Shown here: one piece after another, positions 47,977-59,127 of the stretch
Position numbering within the stretch: position 1 is the stretch's first letter
Layout: every line of letters starts with the position of its first letter
NCBI GenBank assembly: GCA_902550225.1
Contig: CACCYL010000002.1
Coordinates: forward strand, 84,089 to 148,088
Origin: an uncultured Alphaproteobacteria bacterium
GTDB taxonomy: Bacteria; Pseudomonadota; Alphaproteobacteria; Methylaequorales; Methylaequoraceae
Direction of reading: 5' to 3'
DNA: 64,000 nucleotides
Position numbers and translations under genes: made by a program
Notes under the pieces: model-generated
Told to the model about the DNA's origin: nothing
Seen by the model: only the letters and a program-made list of their open reading frames with translations
Database searches by the model: none

Positions 47977-49941
47977 ATGTATAAAATAGTTACCTTCGTC
48001 TTGACTGTATTACTTGTAGCTAATGTAAACGCTGAAAAGTTAGAATCTATATTTGTTGCACCTGATGTATTTATAACATCTAAAATTAAGCCGAGTACTG
48101 AATATGAAAGTGATAGGGGTAATATTTTATATGATTCTCATGAACTAGAAAAAAGCAGACAATACTCTATTGGTCAGATGCTCAAAGATTTACCAGGAAT
48201 TGCTTCACAAGGTCTTGGTAACGCTTCACGTCCAATAATCAGGGGTCTTGGTAATTCGCGAGTTAAAATTTTACAAAACAGTTCTTCACTCGGTGATGTT
48301 TCCGAATTTGGTGAGGATCATATTGTTGGATATGATCCATTATTAATTGATAAAATAGAAATTATTAAGGGGCCCGGTACGTTACTTTATGGAAACAATG
48401 GTTTTGCTGGAGTTGTAAATATTATAAACCCTTTAATTGCAGTAGATAAGCCTCTTTCTGACGAAAACGTCCAATTAGGTTTTGGATACAAGACCTCAGG
48501 TGGAGAGTTGGGAACAGCATTAAAACTTGGTAAATCTGTGGACAATTTTACTGTTAGAGGTTCTGGAAGTTTTGTAAGTGCAGGACCTTACGATTTAGCA
48601 AATGTTTCAACTAAGCAAGCAAATTCATCAAAGTTCATGACATCTGGTGGCGTTGGAATAACATACAATGATGGTCAGAACCATTTTGGAGTTTCTTTGG
48701 ACAAACTTGAAGCTGTATATCAAAATCCTGGTCCTGAAGGTGAAGAAAATATGACATCGCTTAATCCTACAAGAAATACAATAAATTTTGATTCTTCACT
48801 TGCATTAAATTATTTAATCTTTGAAAAGTTTAACCTAGAAGGCACTGTTTCTGAATATAATCATGCTGAAAGAACAGGCGATGGGAACAATCATAATATA
48901 ACATTTTTCAATGATATATATGAAATAAAAACATCACTGAATCACAAATCTCTATTCAATCAAAATGAAGAAGGATTAATAGGTTTTCATTTTATGAATA
49001 AAAATCAAGGTGCAACAGGAGCTGAGGAAGGTCATTTAACTCCAACGAAGACCAATAGTTTTGCTTTATTTGCTCTCGAAAAATTAAAATTTGATTTATT
49101 TGATTTAGATCTTGGTGGTCGAATTGAATCTGTAAATTTGAAAACAACACAGCATGAGCAAGGTTTTTTCCCTGCTGCATTTTCTTCCACTGTCAAAAGA
49201 GAAATCATTCCAAACAATAGTGTATTTTTAGGTTTTGATTTTACACAAAGAGCACCGAATGCTGTCGAACTATTCGCAGACGGTCCTCACCACGCTCTTG
49301 AAAATGTTGAGACAGGTAACGTGAACTTAGAAAAAGAGAGTTCTTACAATGTATCACTTGGATATAATTATGATGAAAATCTAAATAAATTAAAAATTGA
49401 AGCTTATTATAACTACATTAATGATTTTATTGCTGCAGATAGAAACGGTAATACTCAAAACGTTGAAGGTGAAGATTTTAATGTTGTTATTCACGATCAA
49501 TATAATGCATTATTTACTGGAGTAGAATTAACTGGTCAGTATGGCATAACGAAATTGGATGATTTTGATTTCCTTGCTAATTTTGTAGGGGAATTTTTGA
49601 AGGGTTACAGAACATCCAATGACAAGGCTATAACTAGAATTCCACAATCAAAAGTAAATGTTGGTTTACAACTCATTAATGAGGAATGGGATACTAATCT
49701 TAAATATTATCATTATTTTGATAAAGAATTCACAGGTCCCTTTTATACAAGAACAGGTGGTCACTCAAGATTAGATTTTGATCTCACAAAAGATTTCATG
49801 TACTCAGATTTATCTGGCCATGCAATGTTTAGTGTAACCAATCTTCTGAATACAGTTGGTCGTGATCATCTTGAGGCAAAAAAGGGCCAAGTTCAATTAC
49901 CCGGTAGGAGTTTTAATTTTAATTTAAAGCTATTCTATTAA
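47977..49941 (+). CDS. TonB-dependent outer-membrane receptor, candidate zinc (ZnuD-like) transporter
   Basis: Signal peptide, plug region, and a 22-strand barrel ending in aromatic residues (LKLFY). A Zur box lies in its promoter. Confidence 0.8.
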   Translation: MYKIVTFVLTVLLVANVNAEKLESIFVAPDVFITSKIKPSTEYESDRGNILYDSHELEKSRQYSIGQMLKDLPGIASQGLGNASRPIIRGLGNSRVKILQNSSSLGDVSEFGEDHIVGYDPLLIDKIEIIKGPGTLLYGNNGFAGVVNIINPLIAVDKPLSDENVQLGFGYKTSGGELGTALKLGKSVDNFTVRGSGSFVSAGPYDLANVSTKQANSSKFMTSGGVGITYNDGQNHFGVSLDKLEAVYQNPGPEGEENMTSLNPTRNTINFDSSLALNYLIFEKFNLEGTVSEYNHAERTGDGNNHNITFFNDIYEIKTSLNHKSLFNQNEEGLIGFHFMNKNQGATGAEEGHLTPTKTNSFALFALEKLKFDLFDLDLGGRIESVNLKTTQHEQGFFPAAFSSTVKREIIPNNSVFLGFDFTQRAPNAVELFADGPHHALENVETGNVNLEKESSYNVSLGYNYDENLNKLKIEAYYNYINDFIAADRNGNTQNVEGEDFNVVIHDQYNALFTGVELTGQYGITKLDDFDFLANFVGEFLKGYRTSNDKAITRIPQSKVNVGLQLINEEWDTNLKYYHYFDKEFTGPFYTRTGGHSRLDFDLTKDFMYSDLSGHAMFSVTNLLNTVGRDHLEAKKGQVQLPGRSFNFNLKLFY

Positions 49942-49947
49942 TAAAAT

Positions 49948-50313
49948 ATGTTTAAGTATTACTCTTCATACACATTGTTATGGATAGGCCTAACACATCT
50001 GTTGTGCTGTGGTTTGCCTTTGACGTTATCATTTGTTTCATTATCTTCAAATGCATTATTTTTGGACTCACTCCTTTTAAACTCTGAATTATTAGAAGCT
50101 GCTGAACCATATCTCTTTGCAATTACGACGCTTATATTTTTATTAATAATTTCTTTTGAGATCTACAATAAAAAAATAAAGTGCCAAGATGATGAATGTG
50201 ATACTGAAAAAGAATGCAGTACGACCACTAAAAAAATTAAGACCAATCTTATTCTCGCAAGTATTCTTTATACTCTCAATAGTTCAATCTTTTTATCAGA
50301 AGTTATCCTCTGA
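49948..50313 (+). CDS. second MerT-like small membrane protein
   Basis: TM1 with LLCCGLPL and a loop bearing KCQDDECDTEKEC, the same architecture as the protein at 46115. Confidence 0.5.
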   Translation: MFKYYSSYTLLWIGLTHLLCCGLPLTLSFVSLSSNALFLDSLLLNSELLEAAEPYLFAITTLIFLLIISFEIYNKKIKCQDDECDTEKECSTTTKKIKTNLILASILYTLNSSIFLSEVIL

Positions 50314-50316
50314 TTT

Positions 50317-50958
50317 ATGATTTTAAATTGTGAAAATATGAAATCCTTAATGGACTTCAAACATAATAACCATCAATTAGCAATTTTGAATCGTCAAACT
50401 CCCGAGAATTCCAATGTTTTCTTTAGTGAATTAAACATAACTTCTTTTTCAACTTCAGGTTATGTTTCATTAGAGAATAGTTTAAATGACATTAGCAAGC
50501 TTACAGAAGAAAAACTTCCATCAAAAATTAGGAAAAACTTATTTTTTGAAAAATGGTTAAATGATATGAGTGAAATTTGTAAAATGTTTTGTTTATTTCA
50601 AGAAAAAGATAAAATAAGTTTTTGGTTGGGATCCGAGAGAGGTTGTAAACGTTTTCATGTTGATATGGTCCCTTATAGATGTTTAATAACCTATTCCGGA
50701 CAAGGTACAGAATTACTACCTGATAATGCAGCAGACAGGAATGCTTTTATTAGTGGAAAACCAAATGAAAATATAATTAAAGACAGATCAGCGATAAGAT
50801 ATTTAAATAAATGGGATGTTGCAATTTTTCGTGGTGGAAAACATGGAATTTTACATCGAACTCCAGAGTCAGCACTAAATGATAGATCTTCAATTTTAAT
50901 GAGGCTTGATGATTCTTCTTTTTTAGAGCAAATAGAAAAAATAAACAATGTTAATTAA
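50317..50958 (+). CDS. hypothetical cytoplasmic protein (possibly DUF1826-like)
   Basis: No clear motif. The start codon lies 4 nt after the stop of the upstream ORF. Confidence 0.45.
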   Translation: MILNCENMKSLMDFKHNNHQLAILNRQTPENSNVFFSELNITSFSTSGYVSLENSLNDISKLTEEKLPSKIRKNLFFEKWLNDMSEICKMFCLFQEKDKISFWLGSERGCKRFHVDMVPYRCLITYSGQGTELLPDNAADRNAFISGKPNENIIKDRSAIRYLNKWDVAIFRGGKHGILHRTPESALNDRSSILMRLDDSSFLEQIEKINNVN

Positions 50959-51025
50959 ATATTTGTTAAAAGTTCCTAGTTAAATAAAGTAAATAGTTTT
51001 ACAACGAATGTTTAAAACTGAGGAT

Positions 51026-51691
51026 CTATTTCTTTGAATTATCAATAAATTTATTAGCTTTGAACATTCCTTTTTTTATTGATCCGTCTTGTAAAGTTAG
51101 CGTTCCATAACCGTCAAACAAGTTTTTTTTAAAGCTGCCAGTGTATTTATCTCCATTCGAATAAGTTATTGTCCCCTCACCGGATCTCATACCATCTACA
51201 AATTGTCCAACATAAATTGATCCATCGGAAAATGTAAGGGTTCCTTTACCGTGAGGAAGGTCGTCTACGAAATCTCCTGTATAATTCTCTCCGTCTGAAA
51301 AAGTTGAAGAACCTTTTCCATGGTAATAACCATTTTTAAACCCTCCTTCATATTTATCGCCATTTGCAAATGTAAAGGTTCCTTGACCATTTTGTAATCC
51401 ATCTTTAAACTCGCCAATATATACATTTCCGTTAATAAATAAGTATGATCCTTTTCCATTATACTTGTTATCTTTGATTTCTCCGACATATTTTTCACCA
51501 TTTTGGTGAAAGATTGTTCCATAACAATGTCTTACAAAGTTTCCATCACAAGCAGGAAGAGCAGAAATCTTTGATGAAAGAAAAAGAAGTGGTGAAATTA
51601 ATAGAATATATTTTTTTTTTAACATTTTATAAAGATAATCATTCAAAATTAATTTGCCATATCTAGTAAGTAATTCATTAAAGTTGATCAA
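51026..51691 (-). CDS. secreted MORN-repeat protein
   Basis: Signal peptide, then 7 or more MORN repeats (YxGxxxxGxxxGxGxxxxxxGxx). Confidence 0.7.
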   Translation of the reverse strand: MINFNELLTRYGKLILNDYLYKMLKKKYILLISPLLFLSSKISALPACDGNFVRHCYGTIFHQNGEKYVGEIKDNKYNGKGSYLFINGNVYIGEFKDGLQNGQGTFTFANGDKYEGGFKNGYYHGKGSSTFSDGENYTGDFVDDLPHGKGTLTFSDGSIYVGQFVDGMRSGEGTITYSNGDKYTGSFKKNLFDGYGTLTLQDGSIKKGMFKANKFIDNSKK

Positions 51692-52731
51692 CGATTTTCA
51701 TATTTGAAATTTTCTAAGCTTTGATATTGATAGTTCCCAGATAACATGTTCCAATATTCTTTATAAAATTTTTCATTAAAATCTCTTAAATTTTTAAAAT
51801 CAACATGAATTTCAGGTGTATTAGTATTTATTTCAATTCCCCATAAAGATTTATCATCATAAGGCAAAAATCCATATCTAAGATCACCAATTAAAAATTT
51901 ATTTAATGGATGAATGTATATAAAATCATTTGAAAAAAAAGAGAATCTCCGAATATCCTCTCTTTGTATTGAATTTGACTTTAACTCTGGGAAAACTGAT
52001 TCTTTATCAATAGCATTTAATATAGCTCCCGATTTAAATTTTGGTTCATCAAAAAAAGGTGCATATACAGCGTCAACGTAATATTTGTTGTTTGTTCTAT
52101 AAACACTTCTCCAAAGAATTATATTTCCAATTGTTGGTTTAACAATTAACCTTTCTATTTTGTGCCCTCTTCTCTCAGATATTTCCAAAATAAAATCTTT
52201 TACTTGTAGGTGTTTTTGATAACAGAGGAAAATATAAAAAAAACTAAACAAAATGCTTGATCTTATTAAAAATTTTGATTTTTTGAGTAATGAAAAAATT
52301 AAAAAAAATACTATTGTAAAAGTAAATATAGGATCTACAATCGAAATTAGATTCAAAGACACTCTAGATTGATCAAGAGGCCAAAAAAGAGATGTACCGT
52401 AACTTGTTAGAGAATCAAGTAAACCATGACTCAAAAATCCAATAGAAGTAAACAAATATACAAATCGTAATGACATTCTTAACTTGTAAAAACAAATAAA
52501 AATTATAAAGGAAACAAATATACTTCCAATTGGAGCAAAAAATAAAGAATGTGTAAAATGTCTATGGTATTCAATAAAAAGAAGTTGGTCATTTTCGGAT
52601 CTTATAAAAATATCTAAATCTGGCGCTAATCCTCCAATTGCACCGCACAAAGAAGCTTTTCGAATATCTTTTTTATTAGAAAAAAGTGAAGAAAAAGTTG
52701 CTCCAATCAAACCTTGAGTACATGGATCCAT
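51688..52731 (-). CDS. membrane-bound metal-dependent hydrolase (YdjM/DUF457 family) with a C-terminal extension
   Basis: MDPCTQGLIGA...APDLD...HRHFTHS motifs. Confidence 0.6.
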   Translation of the reverse strand: MDPCTQGLIGATFSSLFSNKKDIRKASLCGAIGGLAPDLDIFIRSENDQLLFIEYHRHFTHSLFFAPIGSIFVSFIIFICFYKLRMSLRFVYLFTSIGFLSHGLLDSLTSYGTSLFWPLDQSRVSLNLISIVDPIFTFTIVFFLIFSLLKKSKFLIRSSILFSFFYIFLCYQKHLQVKDFILEISERRGHKIERLIVKPTIGNIILWRSVYRTNNKYYVDAVYAPFFDEPKFKSGAILNAIDKESVFPELKSNSIQREDIRRFSFFSNDFIYIHPLNKFLIGDLRYGFLPYDDKSLWGIEINTNTPEIHVDFKNLRDFNEKFYKEYWNMLSGNYQYQSLENFKYENR

Positions 52732-52737
52732 AAATTT

Positions 52738-54588
52738 TTACTCTGATTTGCTAGCTGCGCATTCTAATTTTTGGCTCTCTAGTATTATTTTTTGTTGTCC
52801 GTCTATTGTATTGTAAATGCAGTATGTGTTATTTCCAGATTTATATGATTTTATCAACCCCATGCCCATTGGACCCGAAAATGTTTTTTCATCTGTTATT
52901 TTCATTTTACTTGAATCATCTTTTTTAAAGTGAAGAAAACAATAAGTGATAATTCCTGATAAGGTAAGATAGTAAATAGTTGGTATTAAAGTAATCCTTA
53001 AAACATTACCCTCCCTTCCAAATAAACCAACTGTAGCTGAAGCTGCTACAACATTATGAATAGCTATCATATTTCCAGCTGCTGCCCCAACACTTTGTGC
53101 AGCGACCATCAATACCCCTGAAATGTCCAAAAGATTTGCAGTTTCATATTGAAATTGACTAAGCATCAGGTTACTAACAGTATTAGAGCCAGCTAGAAAT
53201 GCTCCAATAGCACCAACGGTTGGTGCAAATATAGGATATATTTGTCCCATCAGATTCGATACACCTTGAGCCATAGAAATTGGCATACTAGCAATATCAT
53301 TATAATTAACACCAGAATTAATCATTATTCTTACCAGCGGAACTGTAAATATCAAAACAAAGCCTGCACTTAAAATAGTTTTTGAAGAATCGATTATTGA
53401 AGAACTAATTTCCTTAGAAGTCATTCTATGTAGAAAAAAAGTGATAAAACAGATAAAAATTAAAATTCCTCCAGGAAGATATAGTAATTGAAAACTTGCA
53501 CTTATATTTTCTTCATTAAAAATATTTTCAAACTTAATATTTACAGATTGTAGGAATTTTTTTAACGGTTCAAATGTTCTTGAAAATACAAGTAGTAGAG
53601 CGAGTAATAAATAAGGAAGCCACGCCATAAAACTTCCTATATTTCTTTTATTTTCTATAACTTCTTTATTTAGAGGGTTACAAATCCAGTTTAATGGCCA
53701 ATTTTTTGAAGGTTGAAAGTCCCATTCATCTTTTGGAATAAGAAATTTTCTTTTTGTAGCAATTGTTACTATAAATAATCCAGTTAATCCTCCTATTATA
53801 GATGGAAATTCTGGGCCAAGAAAGATACCTGTTAATAAATATGGTATTGTGAAGCTCAATGATGCAAAGATTGCAAAAGGAAATATTGATAAACCTTCAA
53901 ACCAAGATTTTTTTTTTCCAAAAAATCTCGTCATTATGACTACTAGTAAAATTGGCATAAGTAGTCCACAAATTGAGTGAATTATTGCAACTTTAATAAC
54001 TATAGAATCAAAGAATGAATTCCATTCCAATCCATTTTCCAATAACTTGTTTGAAATGCTTATTTTGTCTAGTCCACCCTGAACACCAACCAATAAAGGC
54101 GTTCCTACTGCTCCAAAAGAAACAGGTGTGGATTGTATCATCATACCAAAAACTACTGCAGCAATTGGAGGAAATCCAACAGCAACCATCAATGGTGCAG
54201 CTACTGCAGCAGGAGTACCAAAACCTGATGCTCCTTCAATAAAACATCCAAACAACCACGCGATTATTATAACTTGAACTCTTCTATCTTTACTTATGCC
54301 AGAAAATCCAGATCTGATAGTGTTTATTGCACCTGAATATTTTAGTGTGTTTAATAACAAAATAGCCCCAAAAATAATCCATAAAATACTTATACTTATA
54401 ATTAGACCCTGAAGAGTTGAGGCTAAAATTCTGGCTTCACTCATTCCCCAAATAAAATAAGAAATAATGCTGGTAAATATAAAAACTAGGGGCATTGCAA
54501 TTTTAGCTGCAATTCTAAAAACAATCAAAAGAATTCCAGCTAAAAAGATTGGAGAAAAAGCTAAAATGGGGAAAAAAATCTCTTTCAT
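52738..54588 (-). CDS. L-lactate/glycolate permease (LctP family)
   Basis: LctP signature [25 protein letters not shown] and its repeat in the second half. Confidence 0.8.
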   Translation of the reverse strand: MKEIFFPILAFSPIFLAGILLIVFRIAAKIAMPLVFIFTSIISYFIWGMSEARILASTLQGLIISISILWIIFGAILLLNTLKYSGAINTIRSGFSGISKDRRVQVIIIAWLFGCFIEGASGFGTPAAVAAPLMVAVGFPPIAAVVFGMMIQSTPVSFGAVGTPLLVGVQGGLDKISISNKLLENGLEWNSFFDSIVIKVAIIHSICGLLMPILLVVIMTRFFGKKKSWFEGLSIFPFAIFASLSFTIPYLLTGIFLGPEFPSIIGGLTGLFIVTIATKRKFLIPKDEWDFQPSKNWPLNWICNPLNKEVIENKRNIGSFMAWLPYLLLALLLVFSRTFEPLKKFLQSVNIKFENIFNEENISASFQLLYLPGGILIFICFITFFLHRMTSKEISSSIIDSSKTILSAGFVLIFTVPLVRIMINSGVNYNDIASMPISMAQGVSNLMGQIYPIFAPTVGAIGAFLAGSNTVSNLMLSQFQYETANLLDISGVLMVAAQSVGAAAGNMIAIHNVVAASATVGLFGREGNVLRITLIPTIYYLTLSGIITYCFLHFKKDDSSKMKITDEKTFSGPMGMGLIKSYKSGNNTYCIYNTIDGQQKIILESQKLECAASKSE

Positions 54589-54722
54589 TTCGTCAAAATT
54601 TAAAAAATTTATTTTTAATAAAAACCATTGTTGATAATATAACTTTTTAAATAATTTAATAATAAATTATTATAAAATTCATATGTTCTTTATTTATTTC
54701 TTATAATTACCACATAATTCTT

Positions 54723-55136
54723 ATGATCAAAAAATTATCAACCTTTGTCTTAGTGATTTTTATAGTTTCATGCTCAACGAATAAACTTTCGTATGAATAT
54801 TTCTCCGAATGTGAAGAATTACATAACACATTTTCAACAATTTCAAAATGTGGACTAAATAAAGTTAATGAATCCTGCATAAACGAAAACGATTGTAATT
54901 TATCAAAAGACAGATTTGTTAATATTATTGAACAATTAAACCTAATGGTAACAAAAAAGCAAATTTCAGAGGATGAAGCCTTTTTTAGATACTTAAACAT
55001 CATCAATAGTTTTGAAAATGATAAACAAAAAATGTTAAATCAAATGAAATCTTTTAGAAACGATTACAATTATATTGGCCTAGGCAACCCATTAAATTTA
55101 AATTGTAATGTAAGGTTTTTAAATGTCTGTATGTGA
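54723..55136 (+). CDS. lipoprotein, unknown function
   Basis: Lipobox IVSCS. Confidence 0.5.
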   Translation: MIKKLSTFVLVIFIVSCSTNKLSYEYFSECEELHNTFSTISKCGLNKVNESCINENDCNLSKDRFVNIIEQLNLMVTKKQISEDEAFFRYLNIINSFENDKQKMLNQMKSFRNDYNYIGLGNPLNLNCNVRFLNVCM

Positions 55137-56632
55137 GTAAAACAATGGCTTATGTAAAACTTAAAAATCTTTTTGAAGAACAAAGTCTACTAAATGATAT
55201 TAATGGTATCTTAAATTGGGATATGGCCACATATATGCCTCAAAATTCAAGAAATCAGCGTGTTAGACAAATACAAAAAATTCTTGATTACAAAAAAAGC
55301 ATTTTTGACCAAATTAAAAAAAATGAATTATTTAAAAAGATCAATGATTCCAGCCTGAGTCCGGAAGATAAATTAAACCTTAATTTAATGAGAGATAAGT
55401 TTGAATACTTTGATATCGTTCCATATGAATATATAAAAAAAAAAACTTCACTTGCAATTTTATGTGAAGGGGAATGGAGAAAAGCTAAAATAAAATCAAA
55501 TTTCAATTTAGTTAAAAAATCATTTAAAAAGCTTGTTGATGTTATAAAGATTGAGTCTGAAATACTATCTCAAAAAAAGGATAAAACAAAATATGATTGT
55601 TTATTATCTAAATACGACAGATCATTGACCTCTTCACGCGTTACAAAAATTTTTTCTAGGATAGAATTGTTTTTTAAAAAGAATATCCCGTTAATATTAG
55701 AAAAACAAAGAAGCTATAAATCAATTTCTTTTACCGAAAATCTCTCAGAATCAGAACAATTTGAACTATCAAAAGGTTTTATGAAAAAACTTGGCTTTGA
55801 TTTTTCTCGAGGTAGGATTGACAAAAGTTCACATCCTTTTTGCGGTGGGAGTTCTGAAGATATTAGAATTACTACAAGATATAATGATTCAGACTCATTC
55901 TCATGCTTTGATGCTCTAATGCACGAGACAGGTCACGCTATTTATGAACAAGGACTACCTAAAAAATGGTTGCATCAGCCATTAGGTTCATCTGGAGGAA
56001 TGTCGCTACATGAAAGCCAATCACTTTTTATTGAAATGCAAATTATTAAATCACTTCAAGTAAGTCATTTAATCGAAAAAATAATCAAGAATAATTTTGG
56101 GAAGAAAAATCCTACTTGGAATCAAGAAAATATTTATAGAAACAGAAAGCAGGTAAAAAAGAACTACATAAGAGTAGATGCAGACGAAGTCCATTATCCT
56201 CTTCATATAATGCATAGGTTCAAAATTGAAAAAAAGATTATTGAAGAAGACTTTGATGTAATGTTTCTTCCGGAACTGTGGAATCAAGAGTTTTATAATA
56301 TTTTCAATATAAAAGTTGATAGTGACCAAAACGGTTGTTTGCAGGATATTCATTGGTTTGGTGGAGATTTTGGTTATTTTCCTACTTATAGTATTGGGGC
56401 ATTTATTGCAGCTCAGATTTTTGATTCTATAAAAAAACAGAATCCTAAATTAGAAATCGATTTAAAAAATGGAAATTTTTTACCCATAATCAATTGGTTG
56501 AAAAAAAATATTCATAGCCACGGTAATTATTATAAAATTGACGAACTTTTATTAAATGTGACAGGTGAAAAGCTGAATTTAAAATACTTCGAAAAACACA
56601 TTACAGACAGATATTTAAAAGAAAAAAAATAA
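55133..56632 (+). CDS. carboxypeptidase Taq (M32) family metallopeptidase
   Basis: HETGHAIYEQG (HExxH) and the HESQS motif characteristic of M32. Confidence 0.85.
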   Translation: MSKTMAYVKLKNLFEEQSLLNDINGILNWDMATYMPQNSRNQRVRQIQKILDYKKSIFDQIKKNELFKKINDSSLSPEDKLNLNLMRDKFEYFDIVPYEYIKKKTSLAILCEGEWRKAKIKSNFNLVKKSFKKLVDVIKIESEILSQKKDKTKYDCLLSKYDRSLTSSRVTKIFSRIELFFKKNIPLILEKQRSYKSISFTENLSESEQFELSKGFMKKLGFDFSRGRIDKSSHPFCGGSSEDIRITTRYNDSDSFSCFDALMHETGHAIYEQGLPKKWLHQPLGSSGGMSLHESQSLFIEMQIIKSLQVSHLIEKIIKNNFGKKNPTWNQENIYRNRKQVKKNYIRVDADEVHYPLHIMHRFKIEKKIIEEDFDVMFLPELWNQEFYNIFNIKVDSDQNGCLQDIHWFGGDFGYFPTYSIGAFIAAQIFDSIKKQNPKLEIDLKNGNFLPIINWLKKNIHSHGNYYKIDELLLNVTGEKLNLKYFEKHITDRYLKEKK

Positions 56633-56708
56633 CGAAAATTCTCCATTGTAATTTAAGAAATTGAAAAATAATTTTGTTTTTTAATTAAATAGTGTAAGCT
56701 AATCTTAT

Positions 56709-58844
56709 GTGGAGATTTATATGGATGATTATTCCATAAAAAAACATTTTGGTGGTTGCCCTCACGACTGCCCCGATACGTGCGCAATGATTTATGAAGT
56801 TGCGGGCAACAAACTTCTTAGCGTTAGAGGAAACCCTGATCACCCTATGACTGACGGCGTACTTTGTGTCAAGCTCAAAGACTACGAAAAAAGACACTAC
56901 CATCCTGATCGTTTATTATATCCTCATAAACGTGTTGGAAAAAAGGGAAAGAAAGAATTTGAAAGAATTTCTTGGGATGAAGCACTAGAAACAATAACCT
57001 TAAAATGGAAGTCTCTAATTAATGAATATGGGCCTGAATCAATCATTCCGTATAGTTATTTGGGAAATCAAGGTTTAGTTCATGGTTTAAATGGAGGTGA
57101 TTCTTTCTTTAATGCTCTTGGCGCGACTGTTTGTGAGAGAACTTTTTGTGGGGAAGGTTCATGTACAGCTTGGTTAACCACGATAGGCCCAACAGCTGGC
57201 TTAGATCCGGAAAGTTACATCCACAGTAAATACATTGTTATTTGGGCTTGTAACAGTGTAAGTACCAATCTTCATCATTGGACAATCATTCAAGAAGCTA
57301 AAAAAAGAGGAGCCAAAGTTGTAGTAATTGATTCATATAAATCTAGAACTGCTAAACAAGCTGATTGGCATATCGAACCTATCCCTGGTTCAGACGGAGC
57401 TTTGGCAGTAGCCATGATAAATCATATTATTTATAACGATCTAACAGATATGGATTACATAAATAATCACACTAATGGATTTGAAGAGTTAAAAGAGCAT
57501 GTTAAAGATAAAGATCCTAAATGGGCGTCTAAAATAACTGGAATTAGTGAAGAAGAAATTAAAAAATTGGCTCAAGAAATTGCTACAGTTCAACCAGTTG
57601 GAATAAGAATTGGAGTTGCACTTGAGAGACATTATGGAGGTGGGCAGACGATTAGAGCTGTTACCTGCATACCTGCATTAACTGGTGCATGGAAACATGT
57701 TGGTGGAGGAATCACTCAATTTCCAGTTTGGGAACATCCGTACAAATTTGATGTTATATGCAGACCGGATTTGATACCTGAAGGTACAAGAGTTGTAAAC
57801 GCTCTTCAGATTGGAAGAGCCTTACTAGGGGAAAATATAGATAAGGACAAACCAATTATGTCCATGATGTGCTGGAACGCTAATCCTGTTACTCAAGCAG
57901 CCGAAACAGAGAAAATAATTAAAGGTTTAAAGAGAGAAGATTTATTCTTAGTTTCTGCTGAACATTTTATTTCTGACACAGCATCTTACGCAGATATTCT
58001 TCTACCCGCCACAATGGGTGCAGAACATGAAGATATGATATTATCTTGGGGTCACTTATACCTAACATACAATGAGAAATGTGTTGATGCTCCAGGAGAA
58101 GCTTTACCAAATTATGAAATATTCAGGAGGTTAGCAAAAAAGATGGATTTAAAGCAAGATCAATTCAGTTGGAGTGATGAAAAATGTTTAGAAAACTATG
58201 TAGATTGGTCAGCACCAGCATGTGAGGGAATTACTCTTGAAAAATTGAAGGAAAAAGGGTTTGCAAGATTAAATGTTGGTTGCAAAGATACACGAGCACC
58301 CCACAAAGATGGTAAGTTCCCTACAGAATCAGGTAAATGTGAGTTTATTCTAAAAGATGTGAAAAATTTTGTTGCCGGTCCGTTCAGACAAATGTACGAG
58401 GATTATCAACCAGGTCAAGACCTCCCTCCTCTTCCGGATTATGTTCCTCAACTTGAGTCAAAACAAACTAACCCGCAACTTGCCAAAAAATATCCTTTAA
58501 ACGTAATAACTCCAAAAAGTCATGCGTTTTTAAATTCGTGTTATGCAAACATGACGGATAAGCAGAGGGTTCAAGGAGACCAATTTGTTCTTATAAGCGA
58601 AATTGATTCAAAACAAAGAAATATTAAAGATGGTGATAATGTCAAAGTATTTAATGACAGAGGTTCCTATAAAGGTGTTGCTAAAATAACATCTGATGTT
58701 TCGTCAGGTATTGTCGTTTCAACGCTCGGATATTGGAGACAACTCAACGATGGAACAGTTAACAGTATAAGCTCAGCTAATTTAGCAGATATGGGAAATG
58801 CTCCAACTTTCTCAGATAATCTAGTTGAAGTAATAAAAATATAA
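56709..58844 (+). CDS. molybdopterin (bis-MGD) oxidoreductase, cytoplasmic, substrate unknown
   Basis: N-terminal Fe-S Cys cluster (CPHDCPDTC ... C) and MopB-family length and domains. No Tat signal. Confidence 0.75.
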   Translation: MEIYMDDYSIKKHFGGCPHDCPDTCAMIYEVAGNKLLSVRGNPDHPMTDGVLCVKLKDYEKRHYHPDRLLYPHKRVGKKGKKEFERISWDEALETITLKWKSLINEYGPESIIPYSYLGNQGLVHGLNGGDSFFNALGATVCERTFCGEGSCTAWLTTIGPTAGLDPESYIHSKYIVIWACNSVSTNLHHWTIIQEAKKRGAKVVVIDSYKSRTAKQADWHIEPIPGSDGALAVAMINHIIYNDLTDMDYINNHTNGFEELKEHVKDKDPKWASKITGISEEEIKKLAQEIATVQPVGIRIGVALERHYGGGQTIRAVTCIPALTGAWKHVGGGITQFPVWEHPYKFDVICRPDLIPEGTRVVNALQIGRALLGENIDKDKPIMSMMCWNANPVTQAAETEKIIKGLKREDLFLVSAEHFISDTASYADILLPATMGAEHEDMILSWGHLYLTYNEKCVDAPGEALPNYEIFRRLAKKMDLKQDQFSWSDEKCLENYVDWSAPACEGITLEKLKEKGFARLNVGCKDTRAPHKDGKFPTESGKCEFILKDVKNFVAGPFRQMYEDYQPGQDLPPLPDYVPQLESKQTNPQLAKKYPLNVITPKSHAFLNSCYANMTDKQRVQGDQFVLISEIDSKQRNIKDGDNVKVFNDRGSYKGVAKITSDVSSGIVVSTLGYWRQLNDGTVNSISSANLADMGNAPTFSDNLVEVIKI

Positions 58845-58875
58845 AAAATTTATTTTCAAAATCTCATATTATTAA

Positions 58876-59127
58876 TTAATACTTTGCAAATCTCTTACGT
58901 TTGTTTTTTTGTTTCTTTAATTTCTCACCATAAAATTTACCCCATCCTTTTGGAGCTTTTTCATTGCATACCCAACTGGGTTTGTTTATGTTAGGACCTC
59001 TCACGCATTCAAATCTGGATAATAAATTTAAATAAACAGATTCGTTATTAGTTTTATAAATTTCATTTGACGCTATTTGGGACGATATAAAGCTGGTGGT
59101 AAAAATGATTATCAAAGTTTTTTTCAT
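58876..59127 (-). CDS. small secreted protein
   Basis: Signal peptide MKKTLIIIFTTSFISSQIAS and a basic C-terminus. Confidence 0.4.
   Translation of the reverse strand: MKKTLIIIFTTSFISSQIASNEIYKTNNESVYLNLLSRFECVRGPNINKPSWVCNEKAPKGWGKFYGEKLKKQKNKRKRFAKY

Noticed and set aside
54589-54722. TGTTGATAATATAAC upstream of the lactate permease gene as a Fur or Zur site
   Set aside because: It matches only one half-site and has an extra base that breaks the palindrome. Support is insufficient.
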